Part shown: in pieces, positions 10,288 through 20,789 of the stretch
Position numbering within the stretch: position 1 is the stretch's first letter
Layout: each line of letters opens with the position of its first letter
From: an uncultured Armatimonadia bacterium
GTDB taxonomy: Bacteria; Armatimonadota; Zipacnadia; CAVVLO01
Assembly: GCA_963749155.1 (NCBI GenBank)
Contig: CAVVLO010000001.1
Location: 544,001 to 608,000 of the forward strand
Length of the DNA stretch: 64,000 nt
Direction of reading: 5' to 3'
The notes under the pieces: generated by a model
The model's input: the letters and a program-made list of their open reading frames with translations, nothing else
The model's database searches: none
What the model was told of the DNA's origin: nothing
Made by a program: the position numbers and the translations under genes

Positions 10288-11190
10288 TTAGTCCTGTTCA
10301 GTTTCGCTTCCCACCCAGTTTACTCGCGGTGTCGCCTTGCGCACAGCGCGGCGCGGGGAGTGCTTTTCATAGCCCACCAAAAGGCAGACAGCGGTCTTGT
10401 GACCTGCAGGGATGCCGACCGCCTTCCGTAGCGAACTGTCCTGGTTGAAGGCAGGGGGGATAAGCCCCACAAAGAGCGTCCCAAGTCCATGCGCGTGCGC
10501 CTGGAGCATAGCCTGGGTAGCGGCAATCCAGCAGTTGGCCTCCCAGGCAACCAGGTTGTCGGGCGCATGAAAGAGCAGCAGGGCAGGCGCTCCCCAGGCA
10601 ACCATATCTTGCTGGCGCTTGTCCCAGGCCTCGAGCATTGGGGCGATGAAGGGCACGAGGCGCTTTTTCATTTCAGCGGATTGCTTGCCGACCATCAGGC
10701 GAGTCAGAGGCGCCGCCAGGGGATTCTTGAACAGCTTCACCATCAGGCCAAGCAGCTTGTAGAAAGCTGGCAGCAACTTCTCGACTTCGGCGCGCGTGGG
10801 AATTACGGTTATCCCCATTGGGAAGGGCGGCATTCCGACTGGCGCCAGATAGGCCGCCTCACAGACAGATTCGAGTATTTCGCGCGGGACGGGCTTTGCG
10901 CTGTAAGTGCGACAGGAACGCCGGCGCAGCAGCAGCGCCTTTAGTGCCTCGGGAGCGCAGGAAGGGGTTTCAACTTCTTCCAGCGAGCTTGCTGGCAGTC
11001 CCTCGAGAGTGAGCGCGTTCACCGGACAGACCGCAAGGCACCAGCCGCAGTGGAAACAATTTTCGGAGGCCTTGTCAGTGAAGCGGGCGACCGGCTTGCC
11101 GTTCTCTTCGACCAATTCGAGGGCTTCAAAGACGCACATCCTGACGCAGGCGCCGCATCCAAGGCAGGCATCACTTATCGACCAGGACAT
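10288..11190 (-). CDS. Nitroreductase family protein with N-terminal 2x[4Fe-4S] ferredoxin domain
   Basis: CLGCGACVRMC and CFHCGWCLAVCP, RRRSCRTY FMN motif, AHAHGLGT; ATG 11190 with GGAGAG RBS. Confidence 0.88.
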   Translation of the reverse strand: MSWSISDACLGCGACVRMCVFEALELVEENGKPVARFTDKASENCFHCGWCLAVCPVNALTLEGLPASSLEEVETPSCAPEALKALLLRRRSCRTYSAKPVPREILESVCEAAYLAPVGMPPFPMGITVIPTRAEVEKLLPAFYKLLGLMVKLFKNPLAAPLTRLMVGKQSAEMKKRLVPFIAPMLEAWDKRQQDMVAWGAPALLLFHAPDNLVAWEANCWIAATQAMLQAHAHGLGTLFVGLIPPAFNQDSSLRKAVGIPAGHKTAVCLLVGYEKHSPRRAVRKATPRVNWVGSETEQD

Positions 11191-11218
11191 AATTCTCTCC
11201 TTTGGCGAAGGCTTCTCT

Positions 11219-12757
11219 TTAGCGCTGCCAGTATAGGCCTGTCCCGAAAGTCGTGTCACCCTCCCGGTGCTGGCCGAGGAGCATCAAAGCCAGGCTCGGG
11301 GTAAGCTGGTATTTGAGCATCGCCTGGATGATGGCCTCGTTGGGATCCCACATACGCGCTTCGAGGGCAAGCTGACGGCTGAGCTGCTGATAATAAGAAG
11401 CCCCGAATTCACCGCTGAATACTCCGACCTTGGCCAGCCCCTTGCCAAGTGGCAGGCCAGCCTGGAGATCCAGCTTGACTCCCTCGCCCAGGTCGCTGGC
11501 GCCCAAAGACAGCAGCCCCTTTGGCGATCCAATATCCAGTCCAAGGCGCGTCTGATACAGGTCCTCATCGAAGTTGTAGAGGCTCTCAAGGCGCGGCGTC
11601 ACTCTGAGAGAAAGGGTCGAGTCAAGGGTCGAACGAGCCTTGCCGGTGAGTTCCTGCACATCGGCGCTGGCTTTGGCGGCTGCGGCACTGGCCTCCTCGA
11701 CATTGCGCAAGGTTGAAGAGAGCCGGCTCTTGTTGTCTGGATCGACAACCAGTTCGCGCAGTTCGGTGGTCATCGCCTGGATGTCTTTGGCAGCGGTGGC
11801 AATAGTGGATGAGGCATCCTCCACATTATGAGCCGACCTCACGCCAGAGGAAGATATCTCCGACAGGTCGCCTTCGAACTGAGGATTGGTAACCAGTCTG
11901 GCCACTTTGTCTGCGGTCTCGTCGAGTTTGGCAGTAGCCGAGCGCATATTGGCGAAGGTGGCTTTCAGGTCGGTATCAAGCCCAGGATCACCGAGTTGGG
12001 CTTCGAGTGCATTAGTGGTCCGTTCGATAGAGGCCGAAGCCTCCTTGATAGACAGGGCAGAGTCTACCAAGGCCGTGCTGAGAGTAGGATCGCCTACCAG
12101 TTTGCTGGCGCTGCTGGCCGCTCGTTCGATGTGCCTGGCCGCCACTTCGATGCTGTCTAGTGTGTTTTCCAGATCGCTTTGTTTTGCCTGGACTGTAGCT
12201 TTCAGGACAGCAGTCATCACATCAATATTCTTTGTGGCGCCGACCATATGCTTTGCCATAGAGCCAAGAGAGCCTTTTACTTCCTCACTGCCGATGACTT
12301 CCGCCAGAGAACCCAGGACTTCCTCGACTCTCCCCACTACGGCAAGAATCTGAGGCGTGAAATCCTCAAGGGTGACAGGCGGGATACCCTCTATCTCATC
12401 GCCGGACTTCAAGAGATTCTTCGGGTTATCGGTGGGAGTGACAGTGACGTAGCTCTCGCCCAGGAGCGTTGGGATCTCGACAGTGAAACGATATTCTTCG
12501 TAAAGAGGGACATCCGAAGTTATGCGCAGGATGGCGACAGCCTTGCCATCCTCGAGCTTCAGCTTCTCGACATGACCTATCCCGATGCCCGAGATGCGCA
12601 CTCGGGCCCCAGAGCCGAGTCCGGCCACATTGTCGAATTTTACATAGAGGGGCCAGCCTTTCTCTTTACTAGACAGGCTTCCCCCCCACCAGAGCATCCC
12701 CACGAGCATTGCGAGGGCGCAAAGGGTGACAATACCCACTTTGATTTCGTTCGTCAT
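11219..12757 (-). CDS. mlaD: MCE/MlaD family protein: N-terminal TM, MCE domain, long helical region, C-terminal beta-rich domain
   Basis: VKFDNVAGL..GARV.ISGI.IGHV, LLGE.YV; directly downstream of mlaEF. Confidence 0.88.
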   Translation of the reverse strand: MTNEIKVGIVTLCALAMLVGMLWWGGSLSSKEKGWPLYVKFDNVAGLGSGARVRISGIGIGHVEKLKLEDGKAVAILRITSDVPLYEEYRFTVEIPTLLGESYVTVTPTDNPKNLLKSGDEIEGIPPVTLEDFTPQILAVVGRVEEVLGSLAEVIGSEEVKGSLGSMAKHMVGATKNIDVMTAVLKATVQAKQSDLENTLDSIEVAARHIERAASSASKLVGDPTLSTALVDSALSIKEASASIERTTNALEAQLGDPGLDTDLKATFANMRSATAKLDETADKVARLVTNPQFEGDLSEISSSGVRSAHNVEDASSTIATAAKDIQAMTTELRELVVDPDNKSRLSSTLRNVEEASAAAAKASADVQELTGKARSTLDSTLSLRVTPRLESLYNFDEDLYQTRLGLDIGSPKGLLSLGASDLGEGVKLDLQAGLPLGKGLAKVGVFSGEFGASYYQQLSRQLALEARMWDPNEAIIQAMLKYQLTPSLALMLLGQHREGDTTFGTGLYWQR

Positions 12758-13563
12758 AAAACCTCATCTCGCGCCAGAAGACTCTCTTCAACTGGCCCTG
12801 CGGGCTTACCAGTCAGGAACTGATAAACAAAGGGGTCAGGTGAAGCTCGTAACTCCTCGCTCGTACCGAAGAAGCGAGGCCTACCCTGATGCAACAACAT
12901 AATCTTGTCGGCATATTCGAGCGCGGTCTGGATATAATGCGTCACAACGACAGAGGTTACCCCGAGACGGCGCTTAAGCTCATCCACCAGTTTGTCTATC
13001 GTACTGCCGATGATGGGATCAAGACCAGCGGTTGGCTCATCGTAGAGCAAAAGGCTGGGCTCCATCACAAGTGACCGGGCGATGGCAGCGCGCTTGCGCA
13101 TCCCGCCGCTCAGTTCATCGGGATACTTGGTATCGACATCGGACAAGCCCACCAGTTGCAATTTATCGTGAACCCGGTCGGCCAATTCACTTTTGGAAAG
13201 GCGCAGATGCTGGACAAGGGGGAAAGCGACATTCTGGAAGACCGTTAGAGAATCGAACAGAGCGGCGCCCTGGAAGACATAGCCGGTCTGCAAGCGGAGC
13301 TTGTATAACTCATCGCGGCTCAGACTGGCCAGCGACTTGCCCTGGACCAGAACTTCTCCGCATTGGGGCTTGACCAGGCCGTTGAGACAGCGAAGCAAGG
13401 TAGTTTTGCCACAGCCGGACATCCCGATTACCATCAGGCTGGAGCCAGGGGGCACCTCGAAGCTCACATCACTCAGCACCTGCTGGCCGCCATAACTGAA
13501 GCAGAGATTTTTAACGGCGACGACAGGCGCCTCCGGTTTGATTGTCAGTCCATCAGAACCCAC
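12754..13563 (-). CDS. mlaF: MlaF/Mkl-type ABC ATPase (start estimated at GTG 13563)
   Basis: GMSGCGKT, FQGAALFDSLTV, LSGGMRKR, LLYDEPTAGLDP. Confidence 0.9.
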   Translation of the reverse strand: MGSDGLTIKPEAPVVAVKNLCFSYGGQQVLSDVSFEVPPGSSLMVIGMSGCGKTTLLRCLNGLVKPQCGEVLVQGKSLASLSRDELYKLRLQTGYVFQGAALFDSLTVFQNVAFPLVQHLRLSKSELADRVHDKLQLVGLSDVDTKYPDELSGGMRKRAAIARSLVMEPSLLLYDEPTAGLDPIIGSTIDKLVDELKRRLGVTSVVVTHYIQTALEYADKIMLLHQGRPRFFGTSEELRASPDPFVYQFLTGKPAGPVEESLLARDEVL

Positions 13564-14327
13564 AGCACATACCCCAGGAAGAAATTGACTATGAAGACTT
13601 GAACAATGTTCAGGACCACCGAAGAGGTAACGGCCTTGCCTACTCCCCGGGCGCCTTTGGAAGCGCCCAGTCCTCTCTCGCAAGAAGTGATGGCTATGAT
13701 GAAGCCAAAGACCGCGCCTTTGAAAAGACCTTTCAACGTGTCATCGAAAATCAGCTTCTCCTGGACGCCTTCCCAGAAACTGTAAGGATTGACGCCCTGA
13801 GTGACGGAGACGATATAAGCGCCGTAGATGCCAGCCAGATATGCGAAAGAGGTCAGCACCACCATCATCGTGACGCAGGCGATAAGGCGCGGTACGACGA
13901 GGTAGCGGACAGGATCGATGGCCAGAGATTCAAGCGCGTCCACTTGCTCGGTGACCTTCATCGTGCCAAGCTCGGCCGCTATGCTGGCCCCAACGCGAGC
14001 TGCGACAACGACCGCCGCAATGGTGGGGCCAAGCTCGCGCAATACTGTCAGCGCAACGCCCTTTCCAACATAGCTCTGTGCCCCAAGCTGGACAATCATC
14101 AGCACTGTGTGCAAGGCCATTACCGCGCCGGTGAAACCGACGGTGAGCATCACCAGGGGGATAGAGTTGGCGCCGACATGGGCCATCTGGTTGATGGTCT
14201 CCTGGCCACCCAGCTGACCGCGAGCAATCCAGGCGAAGGCGCGCCCGGTGAGGGTAACCGAACGCCCAACGAAGGTAAGCCCCGCGATGACGAAATGCCC
14301 AAGCTGGCCCACGAGGTGCTTAATCAT
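13545..14327 (-). CDS. mlaE: MlaE family ABC permease
   Basis: RELGP, ARVGASIAAELGTMKVTEQVDAL, YLVVPR, GARGVG; ATG 14327 with GAGG RBS. Confidence 0.93.
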   Translation of the reverse strand: MIKHLVGQLGHFVIAGLTFVGRSVTLTGRAFAWIARGQLGGQETINQMAHVGANSIPLVMLTVGFTGAVMALHTVLMIVQLGAQSYVGKGVALTVLRELGPTIAAVVVAARVGASIAAELGTMKVTEQVDALESLAIDPVRYLVVPRLIACVTMMVVLTSFAYLAGIYGAYIVSVTQGVNPYSFWEGVQEKLIFDDTLKGLFKGAVFGFIIAITSCERGLGASKGARGVGKAVTSSVVLNIVQVFIVNFFLGYVLWVLMD

Positions 14328-16044
14328 TGGCAGCACCTCTTTGAGCTGAGCCGGCCAGGCCCAATAAAGGCGCAGGAGTTTCGAGCAGAACAAAATCGCC
14401 AGGGGCAGGAGTAAGGCCAGGCGCCCAGGGGTGATAGGCAACCCCTGCGGGCGCTTCTTCGCTTTCAAGCACTACGGGCTGACTTGCGGCATGTTCGGCT
14501 GAGAACAACCGGCGCAAGGCCCATTCTTCGGGAGTAATCCATTCGGCAAAAAGTTGATTGGCGCGAGTCAGCTTGCCAAGGCGGTTTAGATAATCAGCAG
14601 CATCGGCAGCCTTGCGGGCGGCTTCAAAGGCAAGCAGCTTGCCCTGGGCGAGCCAGGCGTCCTCGTCAAGGCAGGTGGCACCGGTAAGAGCCAGGACCAG
14701 ATTCGAGGCGCCGGCAGGGGGGAGTGGCGCGTCTAGCTGCCAGGTTTTGGGCCCAGCCGGGCTAAAGACCTCTAGTGTGACCGGAAGGCTGGCAGCACTT
14801 TTATTGCCAAGGTTGATTGTGGCAAGCTGGTAAGGGCGGACAGGCGGCTTTACTTTTGCGCGCAGATCAATAGAAGTGACATCTCCAGGGGGGCCCTCAA
14901 AGGCAAGTAGCTGCGCGAGCATTGGCGTGAGCCAGTTGGCGAAATCGGTTGTAAGGTCGCCAGGGGTGCTGAAGTTCAAGGGACAAGTGGCTTCACTGCC
15001 CGAGGCGAAGTGGACGACCAAGTCGCCCTCGCAGGCGCCAGGGCCAATTGCCATCCGCACGTTATCCAGCGCATCCAGCACCGCCGCGCCGGCAAGCACC
15101 GGAGTGTAAGGGCGATGCTTCACCAGGGACTGCCTGGCAACCCGGTCTCTTCCCAGAGTGGTATCGGAAGCGTAAACAGTCAGTTGAAGCTGGGCTGGGC
15201 CTTTGCCAGTGCGGCCAAGCAAGCCCCAGGGGCTGTCGAGCGAGATGGTTCCCTCGATACCCAGGCCTCCCCCGATTTTGAAAGGACCGCCTGTGCCGGG
15301 CAGGGTGGCGACAATCCAGGCAAGGCTGAAGGGCAGCTCGCAAGCGCCTTCCTGATATAAAGAGTGGCCAAAAAAGAGCGCCTGACCGCGCTCGGTCCAG
15401 GTGCAGGTGCCGAGTGACACGGCCTCCGAGTCACCGCTCATCAGCGAGACAGCCACGGCGGCGCCGGGTTTTAGTTCAGGCGCGCCAGCAGAAAGTGGCA
15501 CAGCGCCTTCAGCCTGGATGGGGAGCAATCCGGTGGCTTTGAGTTTGGGCGCGAAAGCTTCGTAGGCATGGCGTGAGAGCCGCCCAAGACAGACTGGTGA
15601 GGCGATAGGGAGGAGACCCTCAGGTCTCTGGGCAAGGCGGTCGTCCTCTAAAAGTCTCAGCATCAGGCGCGCTGGGGTAACATAAGCATAATGGGGGTCG
15701 CCCCCTGGGATGACATAAGCCAGGGCGCCAATCAATTCGCCGTCTACGTAAACGGGCGAGCCGCTCATACCGGCCGCGATGCCACCGAGAGCGTCAATGC
15801 GCTCGCCCGAGGCGCGGACAAGGATAAGGTCTTGCTCGGGATCGTCACCGGCAAGTATCTCGACGAGTTCGACGGGGAATTCTTCCACGGTGGCGCCGGA
15901 GAAGACAGTACGGGCAAGTCCTTGCTGACCAGGCCTGAGCTGGGAGACATCCAGTATGGCCCAGGTGGTCGAGGCGCTTGCCAGTATTAGCAGGCAAGTA
16001 TATAGCAGCAGGGCGCGAGTTAGCGCGCGCAAGGCGATTGCCAA
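14320..16044 (-). CDS. Exported SpoIVB-like peptidase S55 domain protein
   Basis: Signal peptide; GIAAGMSGSPVY catalytic Ser motif; FGH motif; GGGAGG RBS. Confidence 0.82.
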   Translation of the reverse strand: MAIALRALTRALLLYTCLLILASASTTWAILDVSQLRPGQQGLARTVFSGATVEEFPVELVEILAGDDPEQDLILVRASGERIDALGGIAAGMSGSPVYVDGELIGALAYVIPGGDPHYAYVTPARLMLRLLEDDRLAQRPEGLLPIASPVCLGRLSRHAYEAFAPKLKATGLLPIQAEGAVPLSAGAPELKPGAAVAVSLMSGDSEAVSLGTCTWTERGQALFFGHSLYQEGACELPFSLAWIVATLPGTGGPFKIGGGLGIEGTISLDSPWGLLGRTGKGPAQLQLTVYASDTTLGRDRVARQSLVKHRPYTPVLAGAAVLDALDNVRMAIGPGACEGDLVVHFASGSEATCPLNFSTPGDLTTDFANWLTPMLAQLLAFEGPPGDVTSIDLRAKVKPPVRPYQLATINLGNKSAASLPVTLEVFSPAGPKTWQLDAPLPPAGASNLVLALTGATCLDEDAWLAQGKLLAFEAARKAADAADYLNRLGKLTRANQLFAEWITPEEWALRRLFSAEHAASQPVVLESEEAPAGVAYHPWAPGLTPAPGDFVLLETPAPLLGLAGSAQRGAAND

Positions 16045-16107
16045 ACGGGGTCTCCTCCCTGTTGAAAAGGCATACTAAAGTATAGCAGTTTGTGTATTTT
16101 GCTGAGG

Positions 16108-16157
16108 AATTGAAAGGGCTGTTTCAATTGACAGTGACAGAAAAGCGAAAGTATACT
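16108..16157 (+). promoter_or_regulatory. Promoter of first histidine kinase with overlapping palindromic operator candidate
   Basis: TTGACA(16128)-18bp-TATACT(16152); perfect inverted repeat AATTGAAA-N6-TTTCAATT at 16108-16129. Confidence 0.7.
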
Positions 16158-16237
16158 GCACCAGCGATGCCCACCCTAAGGCTCGCTGGATTTGGCACCG
16201 ATAACAATACCAGCGCCGACTGGTATGCGGAGTCTGG

Positions 16238-18283
16238 ATGAGTTATCTCGCCAACTGGCAAAGTTACACCTCGCTTGCACGACTCCTGAACGGCCTGGCT
16301 CTGGTTGTCGTGGCCCTTGTGGCCCAGTTCTCACCAGAGTTTTCCGGGCCGGGCTATGCAGTGCTGGGACTGCTGCTAGCGTACTTTGTCATCTCAGCAG
16401 CACCGCAACTGAGAACCCGGGTGCAAGCGAACGCGCTTTTCCTCATAGTAGACCTTCTGCTTGTCACTTTTGTTGCATACACCGCAGGGGGACTTTCCGG
16501 GCCAGTGCCAATCCTCTACGTGCTGCCAGTGATGACGGCGGCCTGGTTGTTCGCTGATCTGACCGCGCTGCTGTTTACCGCCCTTGCGCTACTTGGGCTG
16601 ATTGCCCTGTGCGGGCTGGGCGGCTGGCAACACTGGAGTTCGCTGGCAAGCTATATGATTGCAATCCTGGGCGCTACAGCCCTGGCATACCAGCCGGCCA
16701 GAGAACTCGGCAGGCGCCAACTTGAGCTCTCTGGCCTGCAAGAGTTGATGGTCGCGATAGTCTCAATCCCAAGTCTTGAAGACACCTTGCGCGAGCTTGT
16801 GATGACCATCGGCCTGATGCTGGGCAGCGACCAGTGCGTTTTCCTCGAATATGATGCAGCAGATGGCAAGCTGAAGGCGCTGGAGCCTGTACTGGGCCTG
16901 ACCGAAGAGGAAGTCCAGCGTTTCCAGGTGGCAGAGGCCGACACGCCCCTTATGCAGGCTTTCCACGAGGGCGAAGTGAGAAGCTGGCGGAGGGGAGAGG
17001 CGGCATCTGGAGCTTTTCGACAGCTAATGGAATCGCTGGAGGCGCGTGAGTTGCTGTGCGCGCCGCTGGAGTTTGAGAATACCGCCTTCGGCGTGGTCGC
17101 CTTGCTCAATCGCGAAGCGAGAGCTTTCGATCAATCGCAGACCCAGCTGCTGCGAGTACTGGCCACCCAGGCAGGAGTCATCCTCGAAATTGGCCGGCTG
17201 CATCGACTGGTGGCAGGCGAGCGCAGCAAGTTGTCGGCAGCGCTGCAGTCACTGTCGGGCGGCGTGCTGATGACTGATCCGGCTGGCCAGATAACGATGC
17301 TCAATCCACTTGCGGCCGCCTGGCTCGATTTGCAACCCCAACAAGCGATGGGCACCAGCTTCCGGGAGCTTGCCAGTATGGCTTTTGTAGGCTTGCTCGA
17401 AGAGAGTCTGGGTACGACAGATACTGTAGCGGGCGAAATCGAATTGAAGGCGGGGAAGCTGAAAACTTCGTGCAGGTGCGCGTTGACTCGATGGTAGATC
17501 CAGAGGGACGTGTCCTGGGCAAGGTCGCTGTGATGAACGATGTCACCGAACTCAGGCGCATCGAGCGGATGAAGACGGATTTCGTCTCGACCGTGTCGCA
17601 TGAGCTGAGGACGCCGCTTACCTCCATCAAGGCTTTTGCCAGGACGCTGCTACGTGAAGACGTCGAATGGCCCAGGCCCAAACAGGTCGAGTTCCTGCAC
17701 ATCATTGACACCCAGTGCGACCGGCTCGACGCGGCTAATCAGCGATCTTCTGGATATCTCGCGCATCGAATCGGGACGGGCGCTCAAGCTGCGCTGGGAT
17801 GAAGTAAACCTGGCGGACATACTGACCTCGGTAGCGGAAGAGCAGCGCTCTTACAGCGGAAGGCATGAACTGACTCTCGAACTGCCGGAGCAGCTGCCCA
17901 GAGTGGCGGCCGACCGGGACAAGGTTGCCCAGATAGCTACCAACCTGGTTTCGAACGCCATAAAGTATTCGCCAGCCGGAGGGCAAATCCACATCAAGGT
18001 AAGCGAAGAGAGCGACCGGCTGATTATATCGGTGCGAGATGAGGGGATAGGCATACCCGAAGACAAGCTTCCCAGCCTGTTCAGCCGGTTTTATCAAGTA
18101 GATTCGAGCAGCACGCGGAAGATTGGCGGGACAGGGATAGGGCTCTTTTTGGTGAAGCATCTGACCGAGGCCCATGGGGGAGAAGTCTGGGTAGAAAGTA
18201 CTCCGGAGGCCGGATCGACTTTCTACTTCAGTCTGCCCAAGCTAACAGTAGCCGAAAGAGAAGCCCAGTTATCAGAGGGTTAA
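16238..18283 (+). CDS. Membrane-bound sensor histidine kinase (multi-TM, GAF, PAS, HisKA, HATPase); frameshifts near 17468 and 17727
   Basis: Three overlapping ORFs give a continuous architecture: [35 protein letters not shown]. Confidence 0.87.
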
Positions 18284-18320
18284 GGGCTCCAAACACGAAT
18301 TTCTTAAGTGGGCTGGCGCG

Positions 18321-18349
18321 TTGAACCTGCCCGGAGCTTATGCTATAAT
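18321..18349 (+). promoter_or_regulatory. Sigma70-type promoter of second histidine kinase
   Basis: TTGAAC-17bp-TATAAT with extended TG. Confidence 0.72.
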
Positions 18350-18452
18350 CCCGGCGGCTGTAGGGCGGGGGGGCCGCTAGTTTGGCTGGCGTCCGCTCTA
18401 TCAGGGGCCGGGCCTGGATGCGTGTCCAGGGTTCCAGACAGGAGGAGTGGGC

Positions 18453-20200
18453 ATGTCAGATACCCAAGACCAGAGGGAACGTCTAGACGCCGAGATGGAT
18501 TCGCTTCGCAATCGGCTTTCGGAACTTGAGAAGGAGAAAAAAGTTCTCGAGCAGGAAGTGGCGTCTTCGAGCGGCCCCGCGGTCCCGACCACAATCACTA
18601 CCAGTGGCGAGCTTGAGCGTACCCTGGGCTCACTGGTGAGGCAGACGGCGCTGATACTCCAGGCGCAGAAATGTCTCATTCTCCTGCACGACCCCGAGAC
18701 CAACGATTTCTTCCCACAGAAACCAGCTTTGCGCATCCCCGACGAGCAGCTTCAGGCAGTCAAGCTGAAGGCAACCGAGGGCATCGGCGGCGAAGTATTC
18801 CGCACTCGCAAGCCTATCCTCATTGATGATGCAGTGGGCGATGAGCGGACGGTAAAAGAAAACGTCGCGCTGCTGGGAATCAAGACACTGGCCTGCGTAC
18901 CGCTGGTCGTAAAGAAACGCGATGAGACCCAGCGAGTGCTTGAAGAGCAGCCAATAGGCGTAATGTATGTCTTCAACAAGCGCGGCACACTGCCCTTTAC
19001 GCCCGAGGACGCGCGCCTCTTGAAGTTGCTGGCTGACAACGCGGCGGCGATAATTTCCAACGCGAGAGCTTTCATCGAGATAAGTGAAGAGAAGAAAGAA
19101 CTCGAAGCCACCCTCGAGTTAATGATGGCAGGCGTGATTTTCGTCCGCAGTAATGGGCGGATCGCTGTAATGAACGAAACCGCCAGAGCCGTCTTTGAAC
19201 TACCCGATACCAACCTCCAGGGCAAGCAGTATGCCGACATCGTCGAAGAGACCAAGGTCATCGAGATGATCCAGGCGACAATGGAGCAGGGTGAGGAGAA
19301 AAAAGAAGAGATCTCCTTCACCATGACCTTCCACGGGCAGCCTACTGAAAAATTCTATCAGGTGCAGACAGCGCCTGTGCGCGGTGAAAACGGCGAGGGT
19401 ATGGTCGGCGCCGTGGCCATCTTCAACGACATCACCGAGATCAGGACGCTCGAGCGGATGAAGACGGCTTTCGTGTCAACGGTCTCTCACGAGTTGCGCA
19501 CTCCGCTTACATCAATCAAGGGCTTCGTGTCTACACTGCTGTCGGACACCGAGGGCTTCTTCGATGGCGAAACCCGGGTAGAGTTCTACACAATTATCGA
19601 TCAGGAATGTGACCGGTCTGACCCGGCTTATCAGCGACCTCTTGAACGTGTCGCGTATCGAATCGGGCCGGGCGCTGCAGATAAACTGGAAGCGTTTCGA
19701 CACGCTGGAACTGGCCAAGAAAGTCGTCAGCGTTCAGAAGAGCTACACCGACAAGCACGAGTTGCAGATAGTCGCAAAGGGCGAGATTCCGCCCATAATG
19801 GCCGATCCCGACAAGGTAGACCAGATTCTGACCAACCTGGTCAATAACGCGATCAAGTATTCACCAGAGGGCGGCACCATAACCGTGACCATAGAGCGTC
19901 AGGGCGATGCACTTCGTTATGCCGTAACTGATCAGGGCATGGGCATCCCACCTGAGCATCTGGACAAGGTATTCGACCGGTTCCATCGGATCGACAATGC
20001 CGACACACGGAAGGCGGGCGGCACAGGGATCGGGCTTTACCTGGTCGAAGCATCTGGTCGAGGCCCACGGGGGCAAGATCTGGGTAGAGAGCGATACTGG
20101 CAAGGGCTCTTCCTTTATCTTTGAACTGCCTGTGACACCGCCCAAAGAGATCCTGGAGCAGGACGAAGTGGCAAACCAGCAGCGCAACGCCGAAGGTTAA
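18453..20200 (+). CDS. Cytoplasmic sensor histidine kinase (coiled coil, GAF, PAS, HisKA, HATPase); frameshifts near 19617 and 20046
   Basis: [52 protein letters not shown] across three frames. Confidence 0.88.
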
Positions 20201-20225
20201 GGAAATACGAACGGGAACTTATTAG

Positions 20226-20257
20226 AGGCTCCCGGCTTGCCGGGAGCCTTCTGGTTT
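20226..20257 (+). terminator. Strong hairpin after kinase 2, probable terminator
   Basis: aggctcccgg-cttg-ccgggagcct, weak T tail. Confidence 0.55.
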
Positions 20258-20281
20258 AGAAAGGAAAGAAGGTAGATAACG

Positions 20282-20789
20282 ATGGGCGCGGAAGACAGCG
20301 GCTGGAAGCAGCTTCGGGTGGCGCTGGCGAGTGATCATGCTGGATACGAGCTGAAGCAGGCACTGGCTCAGTATCTCCAAAGAGAAGGGCTGGAGGTTGT
20401 CGATTGCGGCGCCTACAGTAGCGAATCCACAGATTATCCCGACTGGGCATACAAGGCCTGCAAGCTGGTTATCACAGGCGAGTCGGACAGGGCGATTCTG
20501 ATTTGCGGCACCGGGCATAGGGATGAACCTGGCAGCCAACAGCTTGCCAGGCATTACCGCGGCTCATTGCAATGAAGAATACTCGGCGCGTTGCTCGAGG
20601 TCGCACAACAACGCCAATGTGCTTACAATGGGCGCCCGTGTGGTTGGCACCGGACTGGCTGCCTCAGTTGCGCAGGCCTGGCTTTCCACAGAATATAGCC
20701 ACTGCCCTCGACATACGCGCAGGTTGGCAAAGATCGGAGAACTGGCCGGACGGCTGGCAAAGGAAACAGGCTCCTCGGAGGGAGAGTAG
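20282..20789 (+). CDS. rpiB: Ribose-5-phosphate isomerase B; +1 frameshift in G-run near 20513
   Basis: ASDHAG, DYPD, ICGTG | G.MNLAAN, RSHNNANVL.MGARV. Confidence 0.92.
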
